From: an uncultured virus (IMG/VR IMGVR_UViG_3300028903_000203)
Lineage: Duplodnaviria; Heunggongvirae; Uroviricota; Caudoviricetes
DNA length: 64,000 nucleotides
Direction: 5' to 3' (one strand)
IMG/VR virus record: IMGVR_UViG_3300028903_000203
In this document: in pieces, positions 54,767 to 63,854 of the stretch
Layout of the letters: the number at the start of each line of letters is the position of its first letter
Position numbering within the stretch: the stretch's first letter is position 1
Position numbers and translations under genes: made by a program
Notes under the pieces: model-generated
Databases searched by the model: none
What the model was told of the DNA's origin: nothing
Seen by the model: only the letters and a program-made list of their open reading frames with translations

Positions 54767-55888
54767 GTGGCTCAGAGAAAAAGACCGCCAGCAAGTCAAT
54801 CGCCAGGAGAAGCGCAAAGCGAAGGGGCCTGCGTCTATCGCGCCGTTGGGCAACAATTGGCCCCGGCCACCCGCGTGCCGCCGTCGGCCTCGGCGGTGGG
54901 GCGCAGCCGGACCCTGACCGCAGGGCAGCCCCGCCCGGATGTACTGCGCCGGGTTAGCGAACAAACTGAAACACCGGGCGAGGCGCTGCTACACTTGTGG
55001 ACCAGTGCTACGACCTATACGCCGTCAGGGGACTATGACCCCTATCTACGCTGGTGGACGCATCGGTGCGCCGTGCAGCATCTTAACCGGCTGTTACACC
55101 CCCGGCCGCCGCTGGATGGTGAAGAGATGTCCTTCCGCGAGCTGTCCGGGTATGCGGCGTTATTGTGGCCGGTGGTGCAACAACTGCTGGCGAAGGTGCA
55201 CCCGCTGACGAAGAACCTGCTGGCCCGGCCGGAGGAGCCTTCACACCTGACGTGGGCGCTGGAGGGTGTTTACGTCGATACCTGCATTACCCTGTATCCC
55301 AGCGACCAGGGCCGCTGGCTCGTGGCCTTACGCGCCCCCTTGGAACCGCCGAATTGGGTTACAGTCGAGAAGGTCACGGCTACGGTGCTCGATGATGCAG
55401 CTTGGACCATACAACGATTATACGTGGCCGCGCTGGATGAAGTGGATGTGCCGGCCTACGCTGATCCGGCACAACAACCGTCGTTGTGTCCTCAGTGTCG
55501 CTGGTGGTGCGGCTGGGATGACCGCTGTGGGGCCTGCTATCCGGGGCAGATAGAGGACGCCACCCCGGCCTGGCGCAAGTTGGCAGAGGCGGTTCCGCAA
55601 CTGCCCACTCCGGGGGGCGAGAATGGGGAGAGCGGGATAGAGCCCTATCTGGGCCAGCCGGCCACGCATGCTGCATTGGTGGCACTCAAAGCACGCTGGG
55701 GCCAAGCGCCGCTCCAGGACGCGCTTTGCCTCGCCCGCAACGCGGCAGAAAGCGGCAGCCTGACCATCCCCGATCTCCTCCGGCTGGCCGGGTTCTCTTT
55801 GAGTGAAGCGCAGATGGCGCTGCCCGGGATTCAGGAGGAGCAGCCGTTGGCGCGGGTCCTGCGTCGGGTGTTGGGGCGGAGGGGTTGA
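54767..55888 (+). CDS. Hypothetical protein with Zn finger
   Basis: AGGAG RBS with GTG start; CPQC..C..CGAC. Confidence 0.6.
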   Translation: MAQRKRPPASQSPGEAQSEGACVYRAVGQQLAPATRVPPSASAVGRSRTLTAGQPRPDVLRRVSEQTETPGEALLHLWTSATTYTPSGDYDPYLRWWTHRCAVQHLNRLLHPRPPLDGEEMSFRELSGYAALLWPVVQQLLAKVHPLTKNLLARPEEPSHLTWALEGVYVDTCITLYPSDQGRWLVALRAPLEPPNWVTVEKVTATVLDDAAWTIQRLYVAALDEVDVPAYADPAQQPSLCPQCRWWCGWDDRCGACYPGQIEDATPAWRKLAEAVPQLPTPGGENGESGIEPYLGQPATHAALVALKARWGQAPLQDALCLARNAAESGSLTIPDLLRLAGFSLSEAQMALPGIQEEQPLARVLRRVLGRRG

Positions 55889-58833
55889 TGCCTGAGAGCT
55901 TGGCGCTGGCGCGCACGTTGCAGGCCGAATTGAGCCGCAAGTACGCGGTTCCGGCGGCGGTGTTGGCCGATGCCTGGGTCGACACCATCACCCAACCGGC
56001 CGGCCTGCTTCCCGGTGCGGCAGTGCGTGATGACCTTGCTTATATCTGGGAATACGAAGCTGACCTCCTCGCCGCCGTGCCGCTGCCAGCGGAGAATACT
56101 CCGCCGGAGCTGTTGTTGGGCCTGGTGGCCATGTATTGGACGGCCCGCTTCATGGCGCTACTCACGGTGCCCTGCGCCCTGTCCACCGCAGTATGCCAAA
56201 GCACGATGGCTTTCTTTATCAAGGCGGCGGCAGACTACGTGCCGGCGGGAACAACCGCAGTGCGGGCCACGGGCTTGCGCACCTTCATCAATCGCCAGCG
56301 AGTGCCCGCCGTAGGGGCGCTGATCCTGGCCGTGGGAACAGAATACTTGGCGGTCTACGGACCAGAGATTACGGCGGCTCCCCGCCCCCGCGGCAGCGCC
56401 CCCATGATGTTCGTGCGGCGCTGTACATCGCAGACCGCCGCTGTCGTACTGGCTATGCGGCATATCAACGGCGAGCTGCTGAAGTACCCCACCCTGGCCG
56501 CTGGCGGCGTTATCGGGGGAGCGGAGTTCTTGCCGGCCGGCTGGAGTGCCACCGACCGCTGCCCCCGCTGCCAGGAGCTGGTGGGAAGCAGTGGCCTCTG
56601 CTATAGCTGTGAGCAGATTACGCCCCCCATCATTGTTGACCCCTTGCTGCTGCAACAGCAGCGCCACGGCACGCGCAGTAAGATTCTGGCGGCCCTCCAG
56701 CGCCAAGGCGTAGACGCGGATACCGCGCAGCGCATCTGGCAGGCGGAGCGGCGGAAGGGTGCGGCGGGCAACGTAGGTGCCCGTGATGAGGAAGGGGCCA
56801 GCGCGCTGCTCCAACAATTGGGACTGGCGGCGGGCCGCCGTGATTTGGAGCCCGCTGACATCCGGGCTTGCGCCCGGCTCCAGTTTCTGCTCGGCGGAGG
56901 AGAGCGGGACCGGCTGCGTCTCGAGCGTGGCTGTTATCAAAGCCTGGTCCTAAACAACGCTGCGGAGGCCCGCGTGTTGGCCCAGCACCATGACCAGATG
57001 GCGGACGCGCTGGCCTACGTCGGACGCCTGGAGCCCCTGGTCGAGCAAGTGACGTCAGCAGCCCCTATCTCGCGGCCCCTGGTGCACCTAATCACCGCCC
57101 GGAGCGCCACTCCTGCTGGGGCGACCGAGGTACTGGGTGCTTACCTGGCGCGTGAAGATGTCCCCAGTAGCGTGTCGGCGGTAAAGGCGCTGCAATGGTT
57201 GGCCTCGGCTAGCCCGCTGGCGCTCCGGCCCTTAACCGCAGCCTTGCGCCATCAGGCCAGCTTGGTGCGCCAGGCGGCAGCCCAAGGTCTCGCCTGGGCC
57301 GCGCTAGGACCCAACGCGCCTCCGGCCGCGGTGTTACTCGCCACCGCGCAATCTGACTGGAACCCCTTTGCCCGCCAATCCGCGGCCCAGGCACTGGCCT
57401 TGGCTAACGTTCCTCCTTGTCCCGTCTGTGGCGAGTTCTCCGCCGCGAGTGGCAGTGTGGCCCGCTGTTTGGCCGACGACCAGGTGGTGCGGCGGGATTT
57501 GGCGGAGGAGTATGGGCGCTACCGGATAGGGGTGGGGTACAATGCGGTGGCGCAGGGCGTGGTCCGGCAGGTTATCCTGAGCCCCGCGGTGGGCGATCTC
57601 GCCCGTGACCCGGAAAACATTGCTCGCATGTTGCAGGACAACACTACGTCTCCGACGGCCTATATCCAAGCGCTGGCCGCGCTGGCCCAAGTGCAGGCGG
57701 AAGAGCCGGAGGCCGCGGCCACCTTGCTCACGTTGGTGCGTTCCCCGGACTTGGCCGTGGCGGTGACTGCGATCCAACGATTGGTCACGGGGGGTGTGTA
57801 TCTCACGGCCCACCCGGATTTGCTCGCCGGGCTCTTGGCCTGTGCGGTGACGCTGCTGGCGCAGGGCCAGGTGGCCGCGGCAGCGGCCTTATTCCCCGTG
57901 TATCCCGAGGCCCCCTGGGCGGAGCAATATGGTGAGTTGCGCGACCTGTTCCATGCCGCCGCGCTCTTGGGACTCCCGGCTAGTACCAACCCCACCGCCG
58001 TGCGGCTGGCCGCGTTGGCAGAGCAGGAATGGCTCCTGACGGAAGCGCGTTTCGCGGGACACCCCTGGGCGGCCCTGGTCTTGGTAAGGCAGTACAACAC
58101 GCAGGCGCAAGCGCTGGGCGTACCGCCACACCCCTTGGCCCCCGTGCTGCCACCAGCGGCGGCAGCTCCTTGGAGCCAACGACTGGTGCAGCTCTACAAG
58201 GGGCTGCCGGCTGCGGAGCGGGCCACGGCGCTGGCCGCGCTGGCGGAGGCCGCGGCTCCGCTGGGAACTCTCACCCTGGGGCTAGCGCTGGCTGCGCCAG
58301 AGGCTGAGTCTTGGGCTAACGAAGTACTGCCGCTGCTGGCCGCGCTGGGCTTCGCGTACTGCCCCCTGTGCGCCCGCTTCTTCCCAACCGCGTGGGGCCA
58401 CAAGTGCAAACCGCCGGCCCGCGAGTTGACGGAGCGCGACATCCCTGCCAGTTGGGGCATGATGACCCCGGAGCTGGATGAGGCGCTGGGGGTGCTGCGG
58501 GACAAGCCGGTGGGGCAGCTCTTTGCCTATGTGCTACCTCAAGACCCGGCGCTGACTGGCGCGGTCGAGTACAGTCGGCTGCACGCCCTGTCACCGGACG
58601 ATTCGGTGGTGGTCCCTCCTGCCGCTATGCTGGCCCAGGCCGGGGACACGTGGTTGGCAATTATGGGACCAGCCGATGATCAGGTGGTCGTCGAGGAAAA
58701 GACTACGCGGCTTGCGGCGTGGCTAGCGGCCCAGGCATTTCTGCGCCAGGCGGCCAAACTGTTGGTGCGAAAGGTGCCGCCGACTCCTGAAGCGGCTCCT
58801 CCCGAGACGGAGTCCTCCCATCCTGATAGTTAG
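55888..58833 (+). CDS. Large HEAT-repeat-like protein with three Zn-finger motifs
   Basis: LVRQAAAQGLA / FARQSAAQALA; CPRC..CYSC, CPVC..C, CPLC..HKC. Confidence 0.65.
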   Translation: MPESLALARTLQAELSRKYAVPAAVLADAWVDTITQPAGLLPGAAVRDDLAYIWEYEADLLAAVPLPAENTPPELLLGLVAMYWTARFMALLTVPCALSTAVCQSTMAFFIKAAADYVPAGTTAVRATGLRTFINRQRVPAVGALILAVGTEYLAVYGPEITAAPRPRGSAPMMFVRRCTSQTAAVVLAMRHINGELLKYPTLAAGGVIGGAEFLPAGWSATDRCPRCQELVGSSGLCYSCEQITPPIIVDPLLLQQQRHGTRSKILAALQRQGVDADTAQRIWQAERRKGAAGNVGARDEEGASALLQQLGLAAGRRDLEPADIRACARLQFLLGGGERDRLRLERGCYQSLVLNNAAEARVLAQHHDQMADALAYVGRLEPLVEQVTSAAPISRPLVHLITARSATPAGATEVLGAYLAREDVPSSVSAVKALQWLASASPLALRPLTAALRHQASLVRQAAAQGLAWAALGPNAPPAAVLLATAQSDWNPFARQSAAQALALANVPPCPVCGEFSAASGSVARCLADDQVVRRDLAEEYGRYRIGVGYNAVAQGVVRQVILSPAVGDLARDPENIARMLQDNTTSPTAYIQALAALAQVQAEEPEAAATLLTLVRSPDLAVAVTAIQRLVTGGVYLTAHPDLLAGLLACAVTLLAQGQVAAAAALFPVYPEAPWAEQYGELRDLFHAAALLGLPASTNPTAVRLAALAEQEWLLTEARFAGHPWAALVLVRQYNTQAQALGVPPHPLAPVLPPAAAAPWSQRLVQLYKGLPAAERATALAALAEAAAPLGTLTLGLALAAPEAESWANEVLPLLAALGFAYCPLCARFFPTAWGHKCKPPARELTERDIPASWGMMTPELDEALGVLRDKPVGQLFAYVLPQDPALTGAVEYSRLHALSPDDSVVVPPAAMLAQAGDTWLAIMGPADDQVVVEEKTTRLAAWLAAQAFLRQAAKLLVRKVPPTPEAAPPETESSHPDS

Positions 58834-58848
58834 CCACGGTACTAACGC

Positions 58849-58884
58849 AGCACAGGCCCCGCAGATCGCTGCGGGGCCTGTGCT
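58849..58884 (+). terminator. 16-bp stem-loop terminator-like element
   Basis: AGCACAGGCCCCGCAG-ATCG-CTGCGGGGCCTGTGCT right after the stop; weak U-tail. Confidence 0.65.
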
Positions 58885-58948
58885 TGTGATGAAGAAAGTA
58901 GGCGGCTGGTCAGCATCACAAGGTGTGATAGAACACAGGAAAGCGGTG

Positions 58949-58977
58949 TTGACAAACACAGGCCGATGTGATATACT
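58949..58977 (+). promoter_or_regulatory. Sigma70 promoter TTGACA-17-TATACT
   Basis: Read directly upstream of 59096. Confidence 0.8.
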
Positions 58978-59095
58978 GGGTAAGACAAGTAGAGATGTTT
59001 GGGATTTCACAGTTCGTTACACTGGAACCACGGTTTGTAAAACTGGCTGAGCGCATAACCAAGGCTCGTGAAACCAAACAGAGGAACCGGCACCG

Positions 59096-59830
59096 ATGCA
59101 CATCTTGGCAATCCCGCAGCTCCAGAAGTGTCGAGCCTACCGCCCATTTGGCCGGCGCAGAGGCCGGCCTCTGCGCTGGAGCTTTGTGAAGCGGACCGGC
59201 CCTCGTTTCGACTATCGCTGTCCCCAGTGTGGGCACAGGTGGAATGACTGGGACGAGCCGGGGTCGGGACCCCTGACCTGCACCCGCTGCGGGACCGTCT
59301 ACCCGTTGGAAGTGCCGGGGCTGCCGGTGCCGCGCGAGCAGGCTGGCAAAAAGGTCGGGCACTACTCCTACTGTCCCAGGTGCGAGCAGGTCACGCTCAA
59401 CGTGCCGGGTACGACCTACTGTGACCGGCCTTTGGATGACCCCGCCAACGCGCACCTGGGGAAAGCAGAGCGTCTCTACCACCCCGACTATGCACGGCTC
59501 TATCAAGAATACCAGGAGGTCCACGCGCCGGCCGGCAACACCGCCTTCTACGATCAGCAGATTCAGTCGTTGCCCCCGGTTGCGCCGACCCAGGACCAAC
59601 TGGCGGCGCGCTTCTTTGCCTGCGCTACGTGCGGGGCCGAGAAGTTCTGGGCCTGGGACTATTGCTGCCCGGTCTGTGACTGTGACCGGCATGCCGTCAT
59701 TCGGACGACCCCGCCGGTGTACAACGACTACAAGGCTATGGAGTTCGGGGGCCACCCCGTGGACTGGGATGAGCGGTGGAAGTGCTGCTTGTGCGGCGAG
59801 GAATACTGGATCAGGAACTCGAACTGCTAG
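59096..59830 (+). CDS. Multi-CxxC Zn-ribbon protein
   Basis: CPQC, CTRC, CPRC, CATC, CPVC, CCLC. Confidence 0.65.
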   Translation: MHILAIPQLQKCRAYRPFGRRRGRPLRWSFVKRTGPRFDYRCPQCGHRWNDWDEPGSGPLTCTRCGTVYPLEVPGLPVPREQAGKKVGHYSYCPRCEQVTLNVPGTTYCDRPLDDPANAHLGKAERLYHPDYARLYQEYQEVHAPAGNTAFYDQQIQSLPPVAPTQDQLAARFFACATCGAEKFWAWDYCCPVCDCDRHAVIRTTPPVYNDYKAMEFGGHPVDWDERWKCCLCGEEYWIRNSNC

Positions 59831-59840
59831 GAGGTCGCTG

Positions 59841-60530
59841 ATGCGCCAAACCATTGTCCTCGGCTGGTTTCACCGGATCAGTTTGCCCGGCCCGGTCCAG
59901 GAAGCGTTCAACACGCTGCTCGACCTGGCCGCTGGGCAGGGGAAGCCCGTCAATGTGACCGTTGAAAACGGCCTCTGTTTTGCCTCCCTGTCCTGGCCGG
60001 CCGGCACCGCGGTCCCGCAGATTCCAGGTCAGTCCCAGTTTGCTTTCGTGCAGGAAACATCCATCGCGCTGGCGCGGGAGGCGCTGGAGGGACGGGAGTT
60101 GATTATGCGGGAGCAGGCCACGCTCCTGCGGCGACAGGTGGGTGACAGCCCCACGCTGCTACAACTGCTGGAGCTGTCCTTGGCCTCGCAAGTCGATGCT
60201 TTTGCCGGCACGTTGTTTGTCCCCATCTTCCAGCATCTCCACGAGGCGCAGGAGTCCATTACCCGCCATGACTGGGCCCACATGTTGGCGCACCCTCTGC
60301 TGGCGCAGGCGGAATTGCAGGCGCTAGTTGACATTACGCGCACCCACGATCTTACTCGGGTACTCGTCGAAACGGGCGAGGCCCTTTTTGCGGCCCTCGC
60401 GGATTGGAACGCGATGGCCGGCTACCTCTTTCCGCAGCGGGGTGCTGTATCCGCACGGGGAAGCGACATCATGCGCGAGGATTGGCGGCCGTATGCCGGC
60501 GTGCCTCCGTATGGCCCCGGAGGACGATAG
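59841..60530 (+). CDS. Hypothetical protein
   Basis: AGGAGG RBS before MRQTIV. Confidence 0.6.
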   Translation: MRQTIVLGWFHRISLPGPVQEAFNTLLDLAAGQGKPVNVTVENGLCFASLSWPAGTAVPQIPGQSQFAFVQETSIALAREALEGRELIMREQATLLRRQVGDSPTLLQLLELSLASQVDAFAGTLFVPIFQHLHEAQESITRHDWAHMLAHPLLAQAELQALVDITRTHDLTRVLVETGEALFAALADWNAMAGYLFPQRGAVSARGSDIMREDWRPYAGVPPYGPGGR

Positions 60531-60533
60531 CCG

Positions 60534-61076
60534 ATGTCGAGCTTCTTTGATTATTGGGGGCAACTGGCGGTCTGGTGCGCAGAGCAGCGGGTTGCGCCGG
60601 GGCTGGCGTGTCAGATGCACCGCCAGCGGCTGGCCCAGGCCCAAGCCTACTTTGCGTGGGTGACCCAGCGGCGGGATGCGAAGACGCTTATCCCCGCGGC
60701 CGATCCGGCCCTGTACAAAGATGTCCCCTTGCTCCGCTTGTACTGGCAGTACGCCGCCCACCTGGAGCAGATGATTGGGGCGTTGCCCCGCGACCAGGGG
60801 CTTTTCGGCTGGGCCGGGGCCGCTCTCGACCGCTTGGCGGCCCTGACACCGGACCAGCTTTACGGACCGGAAGGCACTGATCCACGGGCCGATTTCACGC
60901 CCTGGAGCCTGTGGGCCAGTTTTGTTATTGAGGCTCTGCATACCTTCGGGCACTTTGTGGGGCAGCAGACGGCCCGCCGCTACGGGGACAATCCCTATGC
61001 CTATCACCGCCGCATCCCTAACTGGGTGGATGCCGATAAGTGGGGGGAGGACAACGGCTTCCCGCGCCCCCGGTAG
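60534..61076 (+). CDS. Hypothetical protein
   Basis: GGAGG RBS. Confidence 0.6.
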   Translation: MSSFFDYWGQLAVWCAEQRVAPGLACQMHRQRLAQAQAYFAWVTQRRDAKTLIPAADPALYKDVPLLRLYWQYAAHLEQMIGALPRDQGLFGWAGAALDRLAALTPDQLYGPEGTDPRADFTPWSLWASFVIEALHTFGHFVGQQTARRYGDNPYAYHRRIPNWVDADKWGEDNGFPRPR

Positions 61077-61210
61077 TAAGGAGTGACCTTCATGCTCTCC
61101 TGTGCTTTGCCGACTTGCTCCGGGCCGCGGAATGTAGCCACCGCCCCCAAGCCCTCCGGGGAGGGCAAGGAAACCCGCCGCCGGAACAGAGGTAGTTAAG
61201 GAGCAAGACT

Positions 61211-61576
61211 ATGTTCGACCCCGAAACTGCACTGGCTAACCTGCGGGCGCTGATGGTAGGCATCCAACGCGCCCGCAGCATCGAGCGGGAAACCAGTGGG
61301 CTGGACGAGGCGACATTGGCGCAGTGGTTTCCCGCGCTCTTTGGGGAAAAGAACCCGCTACCGCTGATCGTCCGTGCTATTGAGGACCATGAAGCAGGCC
61401 GGCAGGCCCTCTCAGCGCATAACTACGCTAACCTCATCTATGCTACCTATCTGGTCTACACTGCTTGTCCGACGCCGCTCCTGGCGGCACGCCGTGACCG
61501 CCGGGAGCTGCCGACCTTGGATAATTACGCCGCCCACTGTCTGGATGTGCTGGGGGCAACCGCTTGTACCGTGTGA
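61211..61576 (+). CDS. Hypothetical protein
   Basis: TAAGGAG RBS. Confidence 0.6.
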   Translation: MFDPETALANLRALMVGIQRARSIERETSGLDEATLAQWFPALFGEKNPLPLIVRAIEDHEAGRQALSAHNYANLIYATYLVYTACPTPLLAARRDRRELPTLDNYAAHCLDVLGATACTV

Positions 61577-61588
61577 ACGGAGGCGCTG

Positions 61589-61921
61589 ATGAAAGTACTG
61601 CTTGTGGAGATGCCTGACGGCACGTGGCAGATTCCGGTGGCGGTGATCGCCCGGCACCGCGCGGCCTATTACGCCACGGACTTTGATGGAGATGTAGCCC
61701 GCAGCCTCGCCGAAGATACGGAACCCCTCTTTGCGGCCGACAGCTATGAGGTCGAGGACTGGGCGACCAACAACATGGATTGGGTCGACGTGGCCCCCCA
61801 TGCGCGGCGGGTAGCGACTACGGTGGATCACCAGGCGGCCTGGAGTAACGCGGCAAAGTCAGTGTGTGAGGTGCCCGAGCAACTGGCTGCGCCGGATGCG
61901 CAGGTCGCCGGCCTAGATTGA
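61589..61921 (+). CDS. Phage-type conserved hypothetical protein
   Basis: GGAGG RBS; IPVAVIA.HRAAYYA...DWATNNMDWVDV. Confidence 0.65.
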   Translation: MKVLLVEMPDGTWQIPVAVIARHRAAYYATDFDGDVARSLAEDTEPLFAADSYEVEDWATNNMDWVDVAPHARRVATTVDHQAAWSNAAKSVCEVPEQLAAPDAQVAGLD

Positions 61922-61956
61922 CCCGTCTGCTTTCCGGCAGACAAGGAGCAAGTAGC

Positions 61957-63471
61957 ATGACAGGAGAGCTGTTCGTTCCCGAGCAGTTGTATGAAACGCC
62001 CCCCGACTGGTTTGTGTGGTGGGCGGCCCATCCCCGTCCGTCCACGGTCCTTCGTCAGCGCCGCCACGGTGCGGATGGTGTTATTCTCGGACTTGATCTT
62101 CCCGCTGCGGAAGCGCTGGAGCGAACTCCCGCCACCGAGCTGTTAGCGCAAATGGATGGGCCGGCCGCTGCGCAGTACGAGGCGCTCTGCCGGGCCCTGG
62201 CGACTGAACTGGACACGCCCCCGGCGCGGGCCGTGCGCGAGGCGCTGCGGCAAGGCCAGCCCCTCTACATCTGGGTCGAGGAGCCGGCCCGCTATCCGGC
62301 ATCGGTGTTGGCCCCCTACTTGCAACGGCTGGGCGAGGGGCAGTACCAAGTAGGAACGCTGGAACAAGCGCAGCAATTCACTGCTGCTTCTGACGAGGAG
62401 GCTTTCCGGCACGCCTATGGCCTGGTAATCGACGCCTGCCAGAACTACATTTATCAACGGCTCCTGCCGGCGGTCAGTTTCGAGTTCGCCTACCCCATTC
62501 ATCCGCTCCACCTCGCGGTGCTGGAGCAGCTCCTGGCGGTCAATGGCGAGCTGTGTTCGCGGGAAGGCACGGTCATCCTCCGGCACCGGGGGGGGCTGTA
62601 CTATACCTGGAGAGGCGGGGTGTTCAATCTCCCGTGGGTGCCGCTCTCCGCCCGGCTGACAGTGTGGGCCTACTTGTACGCTGTAGCAGAGCTAAACGAG
62701 ACACCGGACCTGCCCGATCCGGCCACCTGTCTGCAATTGGTCGCGCTACCAGGGTGGCATCAGACCGCCACGGGCTATGCCTGGCAGGAAGGGAAGGTCG
62801 AGAATGGGGAAGTACACTATGCCGGCCGACGTATCCCGGTAGTCTTTGGTGACCGCTGCGGGGTGCGCTTTGGGGATTCGTTGCCGTGGTTCTATCCCTC
62901 TCCTGCACCGGATGGCCGGTGGGAGGAGCAGACCGATCTGCCCCCATTGGCCTACTATCTCACCGGAAGCGCCCCCTATCGGCAGCGGGGCGCGGGGGCT
63001 CATTTCGGCGACAACGAGCGGCCCCCAACCGAGATCGAACTGGCGTGGGCGGCGCGCCGTGTCGTCGCGCTCCACGCCGAGCGCCTGCGAACGCAACAGG
63101 GGCCGGAGGGCGGAGCCGAGGGCTTTCCTACCCCGGTGCGCTATGACGTGTGGCTGCCTCCGGAGCACGCTGCCGAGTTGGTCCGCGCCGCGCGCCGGCT
63201 GGGACAAGGGCGGGCCACTTTCCTGCGGGCGCTGTTGATTGCGCGGCTGGACCGCCAACAGCAGGAGCCTTTGCCGCGTGCGCCTACGGCATTAATCAAA
63301 GTCCCGCTGGAGATTCCGCCGGACGGCGCGGGGGCTCTGCGCGCCGCGCGGAGCGAACACCATTGGCCTTCGGTGTCGGAGCTGGTGCGGGCGCTGGTGG
63401 CGGAGTGGTACGCGAATCTTGGGGCGGTGACCGAGGAGAAACTACAACAGGACGACCCACAGAATGGTTAG
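61957..63471 (+). CDS. Hypothetical protein with C-terminal tandem RHH-like motifs
   Basis: VRYDVWLP..L..AARRLG..RATFLRALL and VPLEIP..L..A...SVSELVRALV. Confidence 0.55.
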   Translation: MTGELFVPEQLYETPPDWFVWWAAHPRPSTVLRQRRHGADGVILGLDLPAAEALERTPATELLAQMDGPAAAQYEALCRALATELDTPPARAVREALRQGQPLYIWVEEPARYPASVLAPYLQRLGEGQYQVGTLEQAQQFTAASDEEAFRHAYGLVIDACQNYIYQRLLPAVSFEFAYPIHPLHLAVLEQLLAVNGELCSREGTVILRHRGGLYYTWRGGVFNLPWVPLSARLTVWAYLYAVAELNETPDLPDPATCLQLVALPGWHQTATGYAWQEGKVENGEVHYAGRRIPVVFGDRCGVRFGDSLPWFYPSPAPDGRWEEQTDLPPLAYYLTGSAPYRQRGAGAHFGDNERPPTEIELAWAARRVVALHAERLRTQQGPEGGAEGFPTPVRYDVWLPPEHAAELVRAARRLGQGRATFLRALLIARLDRQQQEPLPRAPTALIKVPLEIPPDGAGALRAARSEHHWPSVSELVRALVAEWYANLGAVTEEKLQQDDPQNG

Positions 63472-63537
63472 CGGGGGGCAGTCTCCGCCACACCGGGTCG
63501 CCCTGTTGTGCACAGGAAGAGGGTTCTTCCACTAGCC

Positions 63538-63566
63538 ATTATAGTGGATAGGGCCGGAAGTGTCAA
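63538..63566 (-). promoter_or_regulatory. Perfect consensus sigma70 promoter TTGACA-17-TATAAT pointing into a convergent gene
   Basis: Read directly. Confidence 0.75.
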
Positions 63567-63568
63567 GA

Positions 63569-63596
63569 TGGTTTAGTTGGATTTCGCAGTAAAGCA
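63569..63596. repeat. 28-bp quasi-palindromic site, copy 5 (TGGTTTAGTTG GATTTC GCAGTAAAGCA)
   Basis: Right arm identical to copies 1 and 2, core inverted; 2 nt from the -35 box. Confidence 0.85.
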
Positions 63597-63854
63597 TTCA
63601 TTCTGGTACACATCGCAGCATCATCGGGACAACCACGAGGCGGAACAAGGGCTACCAGTACGAGGTGGACAATGGCTACAAACGCATATAATAGAGGACA
63701 ACAGGCCGCACCGGGCGAGCGGTGGAACCTGTGGACGACCTACCAGCTTGCGGCCGAGGTGGGAGGAGCGGGGCGGGCTCCCGAAGAAGCATTCGCCGCC
63801 GCCGTGCGGGTCGTTGTCGAGTGGTTGGACAGTAAGTTTCCCCGGCATTTGCCC

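Noticed and set aside
58992..59019. GAGATGTTTGG-GATTTC-ACAGTTCGTTA as a sixth 28-bp site
   Set aside because: The core matches but the outer TG(C/G)T and AGCA ends are absent.
8088..63596. 28-bp repeats as a CRISPR array
   Set aside because: Copies are 9-21 kb apart with no spacer periodicity, and no cas genes were seen.
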